Assembly: GCA_965279515.1 (NCBI GenBank)
Contig: CBDIID010000003.1
Coordinates: 3,872,001 to 3,936,000 of the forward strand
Length of the DNA stretch: 64,000 nt
Direction: 5' to 3'
Source: Turneriella sp.
GTDB lineage: Bacteria; Spirochaetota; Leptospiria; Turneriellales; Turneriellaceae
The notes beneath the pieces are model-generated. The model had not been told where the DNA came from and did no database searches. It saw nothing but the letters and a program-made list of their open reading frames with translations. The position numbers were made by a program, and so were the translations under genes. The stretch's first letter is position 1. The number at the start of each line of letters is the position of its first letter. Shown one piece after another: positions 11,085 to 21,571 of this stretch.

Positions 11085-12833
11085 TCAGCCGCCGGGAAAA
11101 TCCGGTGATTTTTGCACGCCATCGCCGAACAGTTTCGCGTGCACGCGCTCGCGCTCGCGGTCGATTTGTTCTGCTGTGGCACCAAAGGCTGACAATATAA
11201 ATTCCGTTATCGACAGCGCCACTTCGCCTTCACCGGCAAACACCGCGTCGGCGCCCGCGGCCCTCAGTTCAGCCACTTCGCGCAGGTAGGCTGTGCGTGC
11301 GAGAATACGTATTTTCGGATTCAGCCGTTTCGCCTCGTGGATGACTTCTTTACCGCCGCGGATACTGGATGAGCTTAAGATCAAAATATCCGCTTTTGCC
11401 ACGCCCGCCTGGCGCAACGTCTCGCTGTGGCTGGCATCGCCGTAGACCGCGGGCATATTGCGTCCCCTGAGTTCCTTAACTGTGTTGAGGTTGAGATCGA
11501 CGACCATGGGTGAAAAGCCGTTCGATGCTAAGAGCCGGGCGACGGTGCGGCCGACGGGACCATAACCAATGACGACGGCCGAGCGCGCTGATTTATCCGC
11601 TGCTGCATTCGCCGCCTGGGAATCATCCCCGCCGCTGTCGAAAAACCGCCGCAGAAACGCCAGCCGTCGCAGCCATTTTTCGAGAGGCGCTGCGGTGCGG
11701 TAGATCATCGGATTGATTGTGATCGTGATGATTGCGGCCGCCACGAGAATATTCGCCGCCCCGGCGGGTAAAATTTTCAGCTGCCCACCGAGTGTCGCGA
11801 GAATGAAAGAAAATTCACCGATTTGTGTGAGTGCAGCAGCGACAGAGATCGCCACGCGGGCGGGGTAGCGGAGCAGTGAGAGAATAATAAATGCCCCCAG
11901 CGGTTTGACGATGACGATGACGGCGACGACCGAAAGCACCAACAGCGGAGAATCGATGAGGCTGCGCAGGTCAAAGAGCATGCCCACCGATACAAAAAAC
12001 AAGACGGCGAAGGCGTCCCGCATTGGCAGGGCCTCAGTGGCTGCGCGAAGGCTGAAATCCGAGCGGCCGACAACCATGCCTGCGAGAAAGGCGCCCAGTG
12101 CCATCGAGACGCCGAAGAGCAGCGTGGAGCTGACGGCGATGCCAAGGGCGAGTATCAGCACGGCGAGGGTGAAAAGTTCACGCGAGCCCGTCGAAGCGAT
12201 GTAACCGAGAAGGCGCGGAATTACCCAACCGCCGACGATGAACGTCACGGCGACTAACGCCACAATCTTGACGAAGGCCATACCAAATGCCAGGGCGAGA
12301 CCTCCGCCTGCGCCCGGCCCGAAGACCGCGGGCAGCAGCACCAGGGTGAAGACGGTGAAGATATCTTCCATGACGAGCCAGCCGACAGCGACGTGGCCGA
12401 GCGGCGTGTGCAGGTCGTTGTTGTCGACGAGCACGCGTGTCATGACGACCGTACTGGCGACAGAGATGGCGAGGCCGAAGACAAAACCTGCATTCCAGTT
12501 CCAGCCGAAAAACCGCACAGCGATAGCGCCGAGAACGGCTGCAGCGATCATTTGCAGCAGCGCGACCGGGATGGCAATCCGCCGCACCGCCCAGAGTTCC
12601 TTAAAGTGAAACTGCAGCCCGACGCCGAACATCAGCAGAATCACACCGACTTCGGCGAGCTGGTCGGCGATCGCGGCGTTCGCGACAAAGCCGGGAGTTT
12701 TCGGGCCGACCGCAATGCCGGCGAGCAGATAGCCCACGATGGGCGAGAGACCGAGGCGGTGCGTCACGAGACCGAAGATGAGTGCGGCGACGAAACCGCC
12801 GACGAGAGTGAGTATGAGATCGAGGTTATGCAT
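11085..12833 (-). CDS. CPA2 cation:proton antiporter (YbaL/Kef-like) with TrkA-N (RCK) domain
   Basis: LAEVGVILLMFGVGL, GWLVMED, LPMRDAFAVLFFVSVG, QIGEFSFIL; C-terminal VIGYGPVG domain. Confidence 0.92.
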   Translation of the reverse strand: MHNLDLILTLVGGFVAALIFGLVTHRLGLSPIVGYLLAGIAVGPKTPGFVANAAIADQLAEVGVILLMFGVGLQFHFKELWAVRRIAIPVALLQMIAAAVLGAIAVRFFGWNWNAGFVFGLAISVASTVVMTRVLVDNNDLHTPLGHVAVGWLVMEDIFTVFTLVLLPAVFGPGAGGGLALAFGMAFVKIVALVAVTFIVGGWVIPRLLGYIASTGSRELFTLAVLILALGIAVSSTLLFGVSMALGAFLAGMVVGRSDFSLRAATEALPMRDAFAVLFFVSVGMLFDLRSLIDSPLLVLSVVAVIVIVKPLGAFIILSLLRYPARVAISVAAALTQIGEFSFILATLGGQLKILPAGAANILVAAAIITITINPMIYRTAAPLEKWLRRLAFLRRFFDSGGDDSQAANAAADKSARSAVVIGYGPVGRTVARLLASNGFSPMVVDLNLNTVKELRGRNMPAVYGDASHSETLRQAGVAKADILILSSSSIRGGKEVIHEAKRLNPKIRILARTAYLREVAELRAAGADAVFAGEGEVALSITEFILSAFGATAEQIDRERERVHAKLFGDGVQKSPDFPGG

Positions 12834-12891
12834 TTTATACTCTGTCTAATATAATTCCGTGACGGGATTTGATCCATAAAAAGGCAGCTGG

Positions 12892-12903
12892 CGCATGCAT
12901 AAA
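12892..12903 (-). promoter_or_regulatory. Candidate response-regulator (KdpE-type) box TTTATGCATGCG upstream of the antiporter
   Basis: 11/12 identical to TTTATGCGTGCG upstream of kdpF, at a similar distance from the start codon. Confidence 0.4.
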
Positions 12904-13067
12904 TCCTGCAAATATTCAGCCGATGGCATGAAAAAAGTATTAGGGAACTTAGACATGTAAATTGGCTTAACAGATTCTTGATACTCTTTGCAGTTCACTT
13001 AACGATAATCCAGCGGGCGATCCGGGAAAGCGCATGGATATTAGAGCGGATGGACAGGAGACACAAT

Positions 13068-13454
13068 ATGAAACTGGTTACGGCGATCATTCAACCCGGT
13101 AAACTGCAGGATGTAAAGGATGCCTTGTTCCTGGCAAATATTTCCGGAATGACGATTTCAAATGTTATCGGCTGCGGGCAGCAGCAAGGTTATGACGTGT
13201 CCTTTCAGGGACTCGTGCATGAAATAAACCTGTTAAAAAAAGTACGCATTGAAATCGCCGTCAACGACGATCTCGTCGAAACAGCAGTCAGCGCTATTAT
13301 TGTCGGTGGGCGCACGGGAAAAATAGGTGATGGAAAGATTTTCGTGAGCCCCATTACCGACGTCATACGCATCCGTACGGGGGAACGCGGCAAAGCTGCG
13401 TTATGCAAATCTCCCATCGGTATCAAGGCTCATATCCGCCATAGGCGAAATTAG
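13068..13454 (+). CDS. P-II family nitrogen regulator (GlnB/GlnK-like) with non-canonical T-loop
   Basis: MKLVTAIIQP...KKVRIEIAV...RTGKIGDGKIFV..IRIRTGERG; AGGAG RBS before ATG 13068. Confidence 0.9.
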   Translation: MKLVTAIIQPGKLQDVKDALFLANISGMTISNVIGCGQQQGYDVSFQGLVHEINLLKKVRIEIAVNDDLVETAVSAIIVGGRTGKIGDGKIFVSPITDVIRIRTGERGKAALCKSPIGIKAHIRHRRN

Positions 13455-13535
13455 GTAGCAAATGCACACTTATAGTATTCCGCTGCTTATGCCGGTTTTG
13501 ACCCGATTTAACATCTTTTTCACTCAACTACCTGC

Positions 13536-13590
13536 TTTTTAATACCATTTATGCGTGCGTTCCCGATGTGACAGGGCATATTTATGCAGA
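13536..13590 (+). promoter_or_regulatory. Candidate KdpE-binding region upstream of kdpF
   Basis: TTTTAA-N5-TTTATG half-sites resembling the E. coli KdpE box (TTTATA-N5-TTTACA); a second TTTATGC lies 33 bp downstream. Confidence 0.5.
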
Positions 13591-13609
13591 TGAAACCAGG
13601 AGACCAACA

Positions 13610-13699
13610 ATGACCACTGAAGTGCTGACCGCCGCAATAACGGGGGGGCTGATTCTTTTATATCTGACCTACACCGTCGTGCGGCCGGAGAAATTCTAG
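13610..13699 (+). CDS. kdpF: K+-transporting ATPase subunit F (29 aa, absent from the ORF track)
   Basis: Manual translation MTTEVLTAAITGGLILLYLTYTVVRPEKF*; diagnostic YL...RPEKF end; AGGAG RBS; directly before kdpA. Confidence 0.93.
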   Translation: MTTEVLTAAITGGLILLYLTYTVVRPEKF

Positions 13700-13707
13700 G
13701 AGGATTT

Positions 13708-15486
13708 ATGGCAGGCCGTGATTATTTACAACTCGGGATCTATTTTGCCGCGCTACTGATTCCGGCGCCTTTTATCGGGCGTTTTATGGCGCGTGTTTTC
13801 CAGGGTGAGAGAACCTGGCTGTCGCCGGTCTTGGGACCGGTGGAACGCCTCACCTACCGCCTCTCGGGCATTAAGCCGACGGTAGAGATGAACTGGAAGC
13901 AGTATGCGTTCGCGCTGATGATCTTCAACCTCATCGGGTTTTTGGTCGTCTTTGCCCTTCAGCTATGGCAGTCGCATCTGCCGCTCAACCCGCAAAAATT
14001 GCCGGATGTTCCGCTGCTTTTGGCATTGAATACCGCCGTGAGCTTCATGACGAACACAAACTGGCAGGCATATTCCGGAGAAAGCACCCTGAGCTACTTT
14101 GCACAGCTTCTCGGTCTCAATGTGCAGAACTTTGTCAGTGCCGCAACGGGTTTCGCCGCTTTGCTGGCGATGGTGCGGGGGCTCATCAGCAAAGGTTCAG
14201 AGTCGCTCGGTAATTTCTGGGTCGACCTGACGCGTGCAACGCTCTACGTGTTGCTGCCGTTCTCTATCCTCTTTGCAGTCCTGTTTGCTTCACAAGGCGT
14301 CGTGCAGAGTTTCAGTCCTTATAAAGAAGTGAAGACGATTGAAATTCAAAAAGACGCGGCGCCGGCAGTTGCGGCCAAACCCGCGCAGGGTGATCAGCCC
14401 GCCGTGGCCGCACAGGATGCACAACCCGCAGTCACGACGCAGCAGATACCCTTAGGACCTGCCGCTTCGCAAATTGCCATTAAACAGTTGGGCACGAATG
14501 GCGGCGGTTTTTTCGGTGTCAACAGCGCGCATCCTTTTGAAAATTCCACACCGTTTTCGAATTTTCTCCAGGTGCTGGCGATTCTGTTGTTGCCTGTAGC
14601 CTGCGTCACCATGTTCGGCGCTATGATCCGGCAGAAAAAGCACGGTTATGCAGTGCTGACGGCGATGCTTGTCATCTTCGTCGCGGGACTCATCACGATG
14701 CTGGTGTTCGAACACCGCGGTAACCCGATCTTCGGCGGCCTTACCAACCTTGAAGGTAAGGAAATGCGCTTTGGCGTCACGAACAGCATACTGTGGGGGG
14801 CGGTAACTACCGTCGCATCGAATGGTTCGGTGAACGCGATGCACGACAGCTTCCAGGCGCTGCCGGGAATGATCCCGATGTTCAACATTATGCTGGGTGA
14901 GGTCGTGTTCGGCGGTGTCGGTGCCGGCCTCTATGGTATGCTCACGCATGTGATTATCACGGTCTTTCTCGCCGGGCTCATGGTGGGCCGTACGCCCGAA
15001 TATCTCGGTAAAAAAATCGAAGCCCGGGAAGTTAAGTGGGCGATGCTGGCCATTGTGGTGCCTTCGGCGATTATTTTGATCGGCTCGGCTATGGCGGTAC
15101 TGCTGCCCTCGGCGCTATCGAGTCTCAACAACAAGGGACCGCATGGTCTCACCGAGATTCTCTATGCATTTTCATCGGCAGCCGGTAATAACGGCAGCGC
15201 ATTTGCAGGCCTCAATGCCAATACCGATTTCTACAATATTGCCCTGTCGATTGCAATGTTCTTTGGCCGGTTCATGGTGATCATTCCCGTGCTCGCCATC
15301 GGCGGTAGCATGGCAGTGAAAAAGATTCTGCCGCAATCGGCGGGTACGTTCCGCACCGACACAACGGTCTTCATCGTGCTCCTGGTGGGCGAGATCATTA
15401 TTGTCGGTGGGCTGACATTTTTCCCGGCGCTGACCTTAGGACCCATTATCGAACACTTTTTGGTCCCGGCCGCCAAGCTATTCTAA
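13708..15486 (+). CDS. kdpA: K+-transporting ATPase subunit A
   Basis: SFMTNTNWQAYSGE, KQLGTNGGGFF, SNGSVNAMHDS, NNGSAFAG. Confidence 0.97.
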   Translation: MAGRDYLQLGIYFAALLIPAPFIGRFMARVFQGERTWLSPVLGPVERLTYRLSGIKPTVEMNWKQYAFALMIFNLIGFLVVFALQLWQSHLPLNPQKLPDVPLLLALNTAVSFMTNTNWQAYSGESTLSYFAQLLGLNVQNFVSAATGFAALLAMVRGLISKGSESLGNFWVDLTRATLYVLLPFSILFAVLFASQGVVQSFSPYKEVKTIEIQKDAAPAVAAKPAQGDQPAVAAQDAQPAVTTQQIPLGPAASQIAIKQLGTNGGGFFGVNSAHPFENSTPFSNFLQVLAILLLPVACVTMFGAMIRQKKHGYAVLTAMLVIFVAGLITMLVFEHRGNPIFGGLTNLEGKEMRFGVTNSILWGAVTTVASNGSVNAMHDSFQALPGMIPMFNIMLGEVVFGGVGAGLYGMLTHVIITVFLAGLMVGRTPEYLGKKIEAREVKWAMLAIVVPSAIILIGSAMAVLLPSALSSLNNKGPHGLTEILYAFSSAAGNNGSAFAGLNANTDFYNIALSIAMFFGRFMVIIPVLAIGGSMAVKKILPQSAGTFRTDTTVFIVLLVGEIIIVGGLTFFPALTLGPIIEHFLVPAAKLF

Positions 15487-15501
15487 AAGGAGGAAAGCTC
15501 A

Positions 15502-17610
15502 ATGAGTACCAACATACTGAAAAATAAGAAAGGCCTCTTAAGCGGCGAGATTGTGAAATCCGCCCTTTGGGAAGCTCTCAAGAAATTCCATCCCGTAGTC
15601 CAGATGAAAAACCCGGTGATCTTTATCGTCACCGTCGGTGCGCTGTTCTGCACGGGCATTATTATCCGGGACGCCATCTACGGCAAAGTTTCAAACTTTA
15701 TCGTACAAATTACGCTGTGGCTCTACTTCACCACCTTCTTCGCCAATTTTGCCGAAGCCATCGCTGAGGGCAGGGGCAAAGCCAGGGCCGATGCGCTGCG
15801 CAATACCAAGTCGAATGCAATGGCACGCGTCATTGTCAATGGTGCCGAGAAGCGCATGCCCGCCGGTGAACTCAAAAAGGGCATGGTTGTGATCTGCGAA
15901 GCGGGCGACCAGGTGCCGGGTGACGGCGAGGTCATAAAGGGGATTGCCTCTGTCGATGAAAGCGCCATCACCGGCGAGTCGGCTCCCGTAATCCGTGAAT
16001 CGGGCGGCGACCGCTCGGCGGTAACCGGCGGCACCAAAGTGATCAGTGACCGTATTGAGATCCGCATTACCGCAGAGCCGGGGAATTCCTTCATGGACAA
16101 AATGATTACCCTGATTGAAGGGGCGATCCGCGCGAAGACACCCAACGAGATCGCACTGACAATTTTGCTCTCGATACTCTCGATTGTCTTTCTGCTGGCG
16201 GTGATGGGGATGTTCCCCTTTGCCCTCTACAGCCAGACGGAAGGCGGTGGCATCGGTGCAAAAACCGCAACTTCCATTCCGGTCTTGATCGCGCTCCTCG
16301 TATGTCTCATACCCACGACAATCGGCGGGTTGCTTTCTGCAATCGGCATCAGTGGCATGGGGCGCCTGATGCGCTCGAACGTGCTCGCGACATCGGGCCG
16401 TGCGATTGAGGCGGCCGGTGACATCGACGTGTTGCTGCTCGATAAAACAGGTACGATCACGCTCGGTAACCGTATGGCTTCGGAGTTTATTCCCGCGATG
16501 GGCGTAGACATCTGGCGTCTCGCCGATTCAGCGCAACTGGCTTCGCTGGCCGATGAGACCCCCGAAGGCCGCTCGATTGTGGTGCTTGCCAAGGAAAAAT
16601 TTAATATCCGCGGGCGCGAGATGCTGGCGCAGAACGGCGAATTTGTGCCGTTCAGTGCGGTAACACGTGTGAGCGGGATCAATATTCCCCTGACAGAGAA
16701 CAATCCCGAGCGGATCATCCGCAAGGGTGCGGCCGACGCCATCAAGGCCTTCGTCGAAGCGAAGGGGGGCAAGTATCCGGAAGAAACCCACCGCAGCGTA
16801 GAAGAAATTGCGCGTAAGGGGGGAACTCCCTTAGTCGTCGCCGAGAATAATAAGGTTCTGGGGGTTGTACACCTCAAAGATACCGTCAAACGCGGCTTGC
16901 AGGAACGTTTTGCCGATTTGCGCAAAATGGGCATCCGCACGATCATGATAACCGGGGATAACCCGCTCACCGCCGCAGCGATCGCCGCCGAAGCAGGTGT
17001 CGACGACTTTATTGCGCAGGCCACACCTGAAGCGAAACTCGCGCGCATCCGTGAAGAGCAGGCAAAGGGACATCTCGTCGCGATGATCGGCGACGGCACG
17101 AACGACGCACCGGCATTAGCTCAGGCCGACGTCGGCGTGGCGATGAACAGCGGTACCCAGGTGGCGCGCGAGGCGGGTAACATGCTCGACCTCGATAGCA
17201 ATCCGACAAAACTGATTGAGATCGTGGAAATCGGCAAACAGTTGCTGATTACCCGCGGCGCGCTCACGACCTTCAGTATCGCGAACGACATCTCTAAATA
17301 CTTTGCGATTCTGCCCGCGCTCTTTGCGGGGCTCTACATCGTGACCGGCATGACCTCAGGGCCTGCGTCTGCGCTCAACATCATGGATCTCAAATCGCCC
17401 GAAAGTGCGATCTTAAGCGCCGTGATTTTTAACGCGCTGATTATCATCGCGCTGATTCCGCTGGCGCTCAAGGGCGTCGCTTACCGGCCTGCGGGTGCGG
17501 ATAAGGTGGTGTTGCGCAATCTGCTGATTTATGGCCTCGGCGGCATACTGACACCGTTTTTGGGCATCAAGCTCATCGATATGGTGATCAATGCCGTAGG
17601 CATGGTTTAA
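15502..17610 (+). CDS. kdpB: K+-transporting ATPase subunit B
   Basis: [11 protein letters not shown] phosphorylation motif, [28 protein letters not shown]. Confidence 0.98.
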   Translation: MSTNILKNKKGLLSGEIVKSALWEALKKFHPVVQMKNPVIFIVTVGALFCTGIIIRDAIYGKVSNFIVQITLWLYFTTFFANFAEAIAEGRGKARADALRNTKSNAMARVIVNGAEKRMPAGELKKGMVVICEAGDQVPGDGEVIKGIASVDESAITGESAPVIRESGGDRSAVTGGTKVISDRIEIRITAEPGNSFMDKMITLIEGAIRAKTPNEIALTILLSILSIVFLLAVMGMFPFALYSQTEGGGIGAKTATSIPVLIALLVCLIPTTIGGLLSAIGISGMGRLMRSNVLATSGRAIEAAGDIDVLLLDKTGTITLGNRMASEFIPAMGVDIWRLADSAQLASLADETPEGRSIVVLAKEKFNIRGREMLAQNGEFVPFSAVTRVSGINIPLTENNPERIIRKGAADAIKAFVEAKGGKYPEETHRSVEEIARKGGTPLVVAENNKVLGVVHLKDTVKRGLQERFADLRKMGIRTIMITGDNPLTAAAIAAEAGVDDFIAQATPEAKLARIREEQAKGHLVAMIGDGTNDAPALAQADVGVAMNSGTQVAREAGNMLDLDSNPTKLIEIVEIGKQLLITRGALTTFSIANDISKYFAILPALFAGLYIVTGMTSGPASALNIMDLKSPESAILSAVIFNALIIIALIPLALKGVAYRPAGADKVVLRNLLIYGLGGILTPFLGIKLIDMVINAVGMV

Positions 17611-17619
17611 GGAGGATAT

Positions 17620-18189
17620 GTGAAAACTCAAAATACGTTTATTGCCTTAAGACTTCTGCTGGTGATGACCCTGATCTGCGGGGGAGTTTATCCCCTGCTT
17701 GTCACGGGGATCGCAGGGGCAGCATTTCCTGAAAAAGCCCAGGGCAGCCTCATCTATAATAACAAGGGTGAGGCAATCGGTTCAGCGCTTCTCGCGCAAA
17801 AGTTCCGCGACGAAAATTATTTTTGGCCGCGGCCTTCTGCCGGTGATTATGCTACCGTCGCGTCAGGTGCATCCAATAAGGGACCCACGAGCGCCGATCT
17901 CAAGAAGAGTGTCGACGAACGCATTGCCGCACTCAAAGACACAGCCCGCGGTGAGAAAATTCCCGCCGATCTGCTGTTTGCATCCGGCAGCGGGTTGGAT
18001 CCCCACATTAGTCAAGGTGCCGCCCGTCTTCAGGTGAAGCGCATCGCCGCAGCAAGAAAGTTTGACGGCGCGAAGACCGCATCGCTTTACGCTTTGGTCG
18101 AGCGCATGACCGAAGAGCCGCAATGGGGTGTCTTTGGCGAGCAGCGTATCAATGTGCTGCTCCTCAATATCGCGCTCGACAAGATTTAA
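17620..18189 (+). CDS. kdpC: K+-transporting ATPase subunit C
   Basis: YFWPRPSA, SGASN, ASGSGLDPHIS, INVLLLNIALD; GTG start with AGGAGG RBS. Confidence 0.96.
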   Translation: MKTQNTFIALRLLLVMTLICGGVYPLLVTGIAGAAFPEKAQGSLIYNNKGEAIGSALLAQKFRDENYFWPRPSAGDYATVASGASNKGPTSADLKKSVDERIAALKDTARGEKIPADLLFASGSGLDPHISQGAARLQVKRIAAARKFDGAKTASLYALVERMTEEPQWGVFGEQRINVLLLNIALDKI

Positions 18190-18195
18190 TGAGCC

Positions 18196-20871
18196 ATGCC
18201 GCTTTCCGGTGACCCCCGCCCCGACGCCGACCTGCTGCTTTCTGCCATCAATAAGGCAGAAGGCGGCAGGCGCGGGCGTTTAAGAATTTTTTTCGGCATG
18301 GCAGCGGGCGTAGGTAAAACCTACGCCATGCTGCGTACGGCGCACCGCATGAAAAATGATGGTATCGACGTCGTCGTCGGCTTTGTCGAGACCCATGGTC
18401 GCCGCCAAACTGAAACCATGCTGACGGGGCTTGAGGTCATTCCGCGCGCGAAGGTTGTCTACCAGAATGTCACGCTCGAAGAATTCGATCTCAACGCGGC
18501 GCTCGAACGTAAGCCCCACACCATCATCGTCGACGAGTTGCCGCATACGAATGCGCCCTCGATGCGCCACCCCAAAAGATACCAGGATATCCTCGAGCTT
18601 CTCGATGCGGGTATCCATGTCATGACGGCATTCAACGTACAACACCTCGAGAGCGTCGCCGATTCCGTAGAGGCGATTACGAACGTACATGTGCAGGAAC
18701 GCGTCCCGGACAGCTTTGTCGATATCGCGAGCGACATCGAACTCGTCGATCTTGTGCCCGAAGAACTCATCAAACGCCTCGAAGAGGGTAAAATCTACGC
18801 CCGCGACAAGGCAGAGCAGGCCGCGAACAACTTCTTCCGCAAAGGCAACCTCACCGCATTGCGCGAGATGTCTCTCCATTTCACCGCTAACTTTGTCGAC
18901 CAGGAGCTGCAGGACTACCGCACGCTCAAAAATATCGGCAACAAGTGGAAAACGGCGGAGCGCCTGCTCGTGGCCGTGAGCCCCAGTCAAAGCGGCGAAC
19001 ACCTGATACGCATGGCGCGCCAGCGTGCCTTTGAGCTCAAAGGCCGCTGGCTTGCGGTGCACATCGATCTGGGGCGTTCGCTGACACCCGCTGCGCAAAA
19101 AATACTCATGCAGAACCTGAACCTGGCGCGCGAGCTCGGCGCCGAGGTTATTCAGGTGCGCGACACGGATGTCGTGTCGGGTCTCGTCAGGCTCGCACGG
19201 CAGAAGAACGTCACGCAGATTATTTTGGGCAAAACTCCCCAGACCTTATGGCAGAAGATTACCGGGCGTTCGATGCTCGACCGGCTCATGGCCGCGTCGG
19301 GCGATCTGGAAATCCACGTCTCCGGGAATTCTAAGGAAGAGAGGCCCGCGAACAATTTTATTTCCCGGCTAAATTTGACTTCGCCGCGCTGGCAGTATCT
19401 TTTGTCGGTCGGTGCGACCACACTGACGACGCTGCTTAGCTTTCCTCTCTATGGCATCATTGGGTATACGGCGATATCGCTGATCTACTTATCGGTAGTT
19501 TTGGCATTAGGTATGATGGTCGGCCGCGGCCCGTTGATCGTCGCGGCCACGATCAGCGCACTTTCCTGGGATTATTTTTTTATTCCGCCGCGCTATACAT
19601 TTTATGTCGGTAAGCTTGAAGATTTTCTGACGCTCGGCATCTATTTTATCGTCGCGATGACCATGGGTAATCTTATGGCGCGGCTGCGTCTCAGGGAACA
19701 CGTCCTCATGAGCCGTGAAGAGCGTGTAGCTGCGGTTTATAATTTCTCCCGGCTGCTCAGCCGGTCGACGAGTCTTGATGAGACCGTACAAAAAACAGCC
19801 GCGTTTATCAGTGAATTCTTTGCCGGCAGGATTTCCATTAACCTCAGGGACAAAAACGGAAAACTCGAACTACAACCCGCCGAAGGCTCAAACCGCAAGC
19901 TGAACCCGAAGGAAGTCAGCGTCGCTTTTTGGGCGTTTGAAAATAAAAAGCCGGCGGGCCGGCATACCGATACCCTACCACTTTCCGTCGGGACCTACTA
20001 TCCGTTAATTTCAACCGGGGGGATTGTCGGCGTTCTGGGCATCAGGCTTCCGAAAAGGCAAAGGCTCAGGCCCGATCAGGAAGAAATACTGTTCGCTTTT
20101 GTGAACCATGCCGCGATCACCATCGAACGCGATTTTCTCGCTTCGGAGAGGCGCCGCGCGCGCGTCGCCGAAGAATCCGAGAAGCTGCACGCGGCGATTT
20201 TGAACTCGATTTCCCACGAGCTGAGAACCCCCATTGCGGTGATACGCGGCGCGGTGTCCGCAATGCAGCTGAAATCCACGGAAAAAAACGCCGTGGCACA
20301 AGCGGAACTTTTAGGTGAGGTCGACATCGCCGCGCGTAAACTCAATGTGCTGGTGAGTAACCTTCTCGACATGAGCCGCATTGAAGCGGGCAAGATCAGG
20401 CTTAACCGTACGCTGTCAGACCTCCGTGACGTTATTCGCGAGACGGTGGAAAGACTGCAAAATGAGTTGACCGGGAACCGGATGCGCGTCGATTTTCAGG
20501 GAGAAGATTTTTCCTACCTCTGCGACCATACGCTTTTGCAGCAGGCGCTCATCAATATCATCGCCAATGCGACGACGCACAATAAGCCAGGCATAGACAT
20601 ATCGATTCTGTGTGCGGAGATCGGTCCAGAACAGTTGAAGATTATCATCACCGACAGCGGAACAGGCATACCGGACGAGATGCTGGATTCCATCTTTGAA
20701 AAATTTGTACGCTCGCCGGCTGCAAGTCCGGGCGGTACAGGGCTTGGATTACCGATTGCAAAATCCATCATTGAATTGCATGGCGGTTCGGTGACGGCAC
20801 ACAATAGACCTGAAGGCGGCGCCGCTTTTGAAATCCTGCTGCCGCGAAGCATCAAGCGCGAAGGAAATTAA
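18196..20871 (+). CDS. kdpD: Sensor histidine kinase KdpD
   Basis: GMAAGVGKT Walker A, KRYQDI, Usp domain, 4 TM, GAF, SHELRTP HisKA, GTGLGL. Confidence 0.96.
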   Translation: MPLSGDPRPDADLLLSAINKAEGGRRGRLRIFFGMAAGVGKTYAMLRTAHRMKNDGIDVVVGFVETHGRRQTETMLTGLEVIPRAKVVYQNVTLEEFDLNAALERKPHTIIVDELPHTNAPSMRHPKRYQDILELLDAGIHVMTAFNVQHLESVADSVEAITNVHVQERVPDSFVDIASDIELVDLVPEELIKRLEEGKIYARDKAEQAANNFFRKGNLTALREMSLHFTANFVDQELQDYRTLKNIGNKWKTAERLLVAVSPSQSGEHLIRMARQRAFELKGRWLAVHIDLGRSLTPAAQKILMQNLNLARELGAEVIQVRDTDVVSGLVRLARQKNVTQIILGKTPQTLWQKITGRSMLDRLMAASGDLEIHVSGNSKEERPANNFISRLNLTSPRWQYLLSVGATTLTTLLSFPLYGIIGYTAISLIYLSVVLALGMMVGRGPLIVAATISALSWDYFFIPPRYTFYVGKLEDFLTLGIYFIVAMTMGNLMARLRLREHVLMSREERVAAVYNFSRLLSRSTSLDETVQKTAAFISEFFAGRISINLRDKNGKLELQPAEGSNRKLNPKEVSVAFWAFENKKPAGRHTDTLPLSVGTYYPLISTGGIVGVLGIRLPKRQRLRPDQEEILFAFVNHAAITIERDFLASERRRARVAEESEKLHAAILNSISHELRTPIAVIRGAVSAMQLKSTEKNAVAQAELLGEVDIAARKLNVLVSNLLDMSRIEAGKIRLNRTLSDLRDVIRETVERLQNELTGNRMRVDFQGEDFSYLCDHTLLQQALINIIANATTHNKPGIDISILCAEIGPEQLKIIITDSGTGIPDEMLDSIFEKFVRSPAASPGGTGLGLPIAKSIIELHGGSVTAHNRPEGGAAFEILLPRSIKREGN

Positions 20872-20872
20872 C

Positions 20873-21571
20873 ATGGCTATGATTCGTATCCTGACGATCG
20901 ACGACGAAAAGCAGATCAGGAAACTGCTGAAAATCGGGCTTGAAGCCGAGGGCTTTGCGGTTAGCGATGCTTCTGGCTCTGCCGAAGGACTGGATGCCGT
21001 CGTTAAACAAAAACCCGATCTGGTGCTGCTCGATCTGAACCTGCCCGACGGTTATGGTCTCGATCTTTTGAAACGCATCCGTGAATTTTCCGACGTGCCG
21101 GTGATCGTGCTTTCTGTCAAAGATAAAGAAGCGGATAAGATCGAGCTGCTCGAAGCCGGCGCCGACGACTACATCACGAAACCCTTCGGCATGGGCGAGT
21201 TGCTTGCGCGTATCCGCGCGATTCTGCGCAGGAATATTGTGCCGTCGAGCCTGCCGCGCTTTACTGCAGCGGGCCTCGAAATCGATTTCGAGCTGCGCGA
21301 GGTGACGGTTCACGGCGAAAAAATCCACCTCACGCCGACGGAGTATAACTTGCTCTGCCTATTGGCAAAAAACGCGGGTCGCGTTGTCACAACGCAGCAG
21401 ATCATGCGCGAAATCTGGGGCCCGGGGCTTTCGGGCGAAACAGGTTACCTGCGGGTCTATATTACGACGCTGCGCAAAAAAATCGAAAAAATTCCCGACG
21501 AGCCGGCGCTGCTCATCAACGAACCGGGTATCGGCTACCGTCTTGTCAGTTCCGGCCCGGTAGCTGGATAA
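20873..21571 (+). CDS. kdpE: Response regulator KdpE
   Basis: OmpR-type receiver (LLDLNLPD, GADDYITKPF) and wHTH (YLRVYI..LRKKIE, EPGIGYR); follows kdpD. Confidence 0.94.
   Translation: MAMIRILTIDDEKQIRKLLKIGLEAEGFAVSDASGSAEGLDAVVKQKPDLVLLDLNLPDGYGLDLLKRIREFSDVPVIVLSVKDKEADKIELLEAGADDYITKPFGMGELLARIRAILRRNIVPSSLPRFTAAGLEIDFELREVTVHGEKIHLTPTEYNLLCLLAKNAGRVVTTQQIMREIWGPGLSGETGYLRVYITTLRKKIEKIPDEPALLINEPGIGYRLVSSGPVAG

Noticed and set aside
12978..13067. Longer N-termini given by the ORF track (P-II, kdpE, wzt, 31168 ORF, transaldolase)
   Set aside because: Downstream ATGs with an RBS or stop-start coupling match the family N-termini better.
16227..17099. 290-aa minus-strand ORF, and similar ones at 18280-19098, 9518-10177 and 34549-35184
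   Set aside because: Antisense shadows of well-supported genes (kdpB, kdpD, gatA/hisS, HAMP protein/methyltransferase) in GC-rich DNA, with no motifs of their own.
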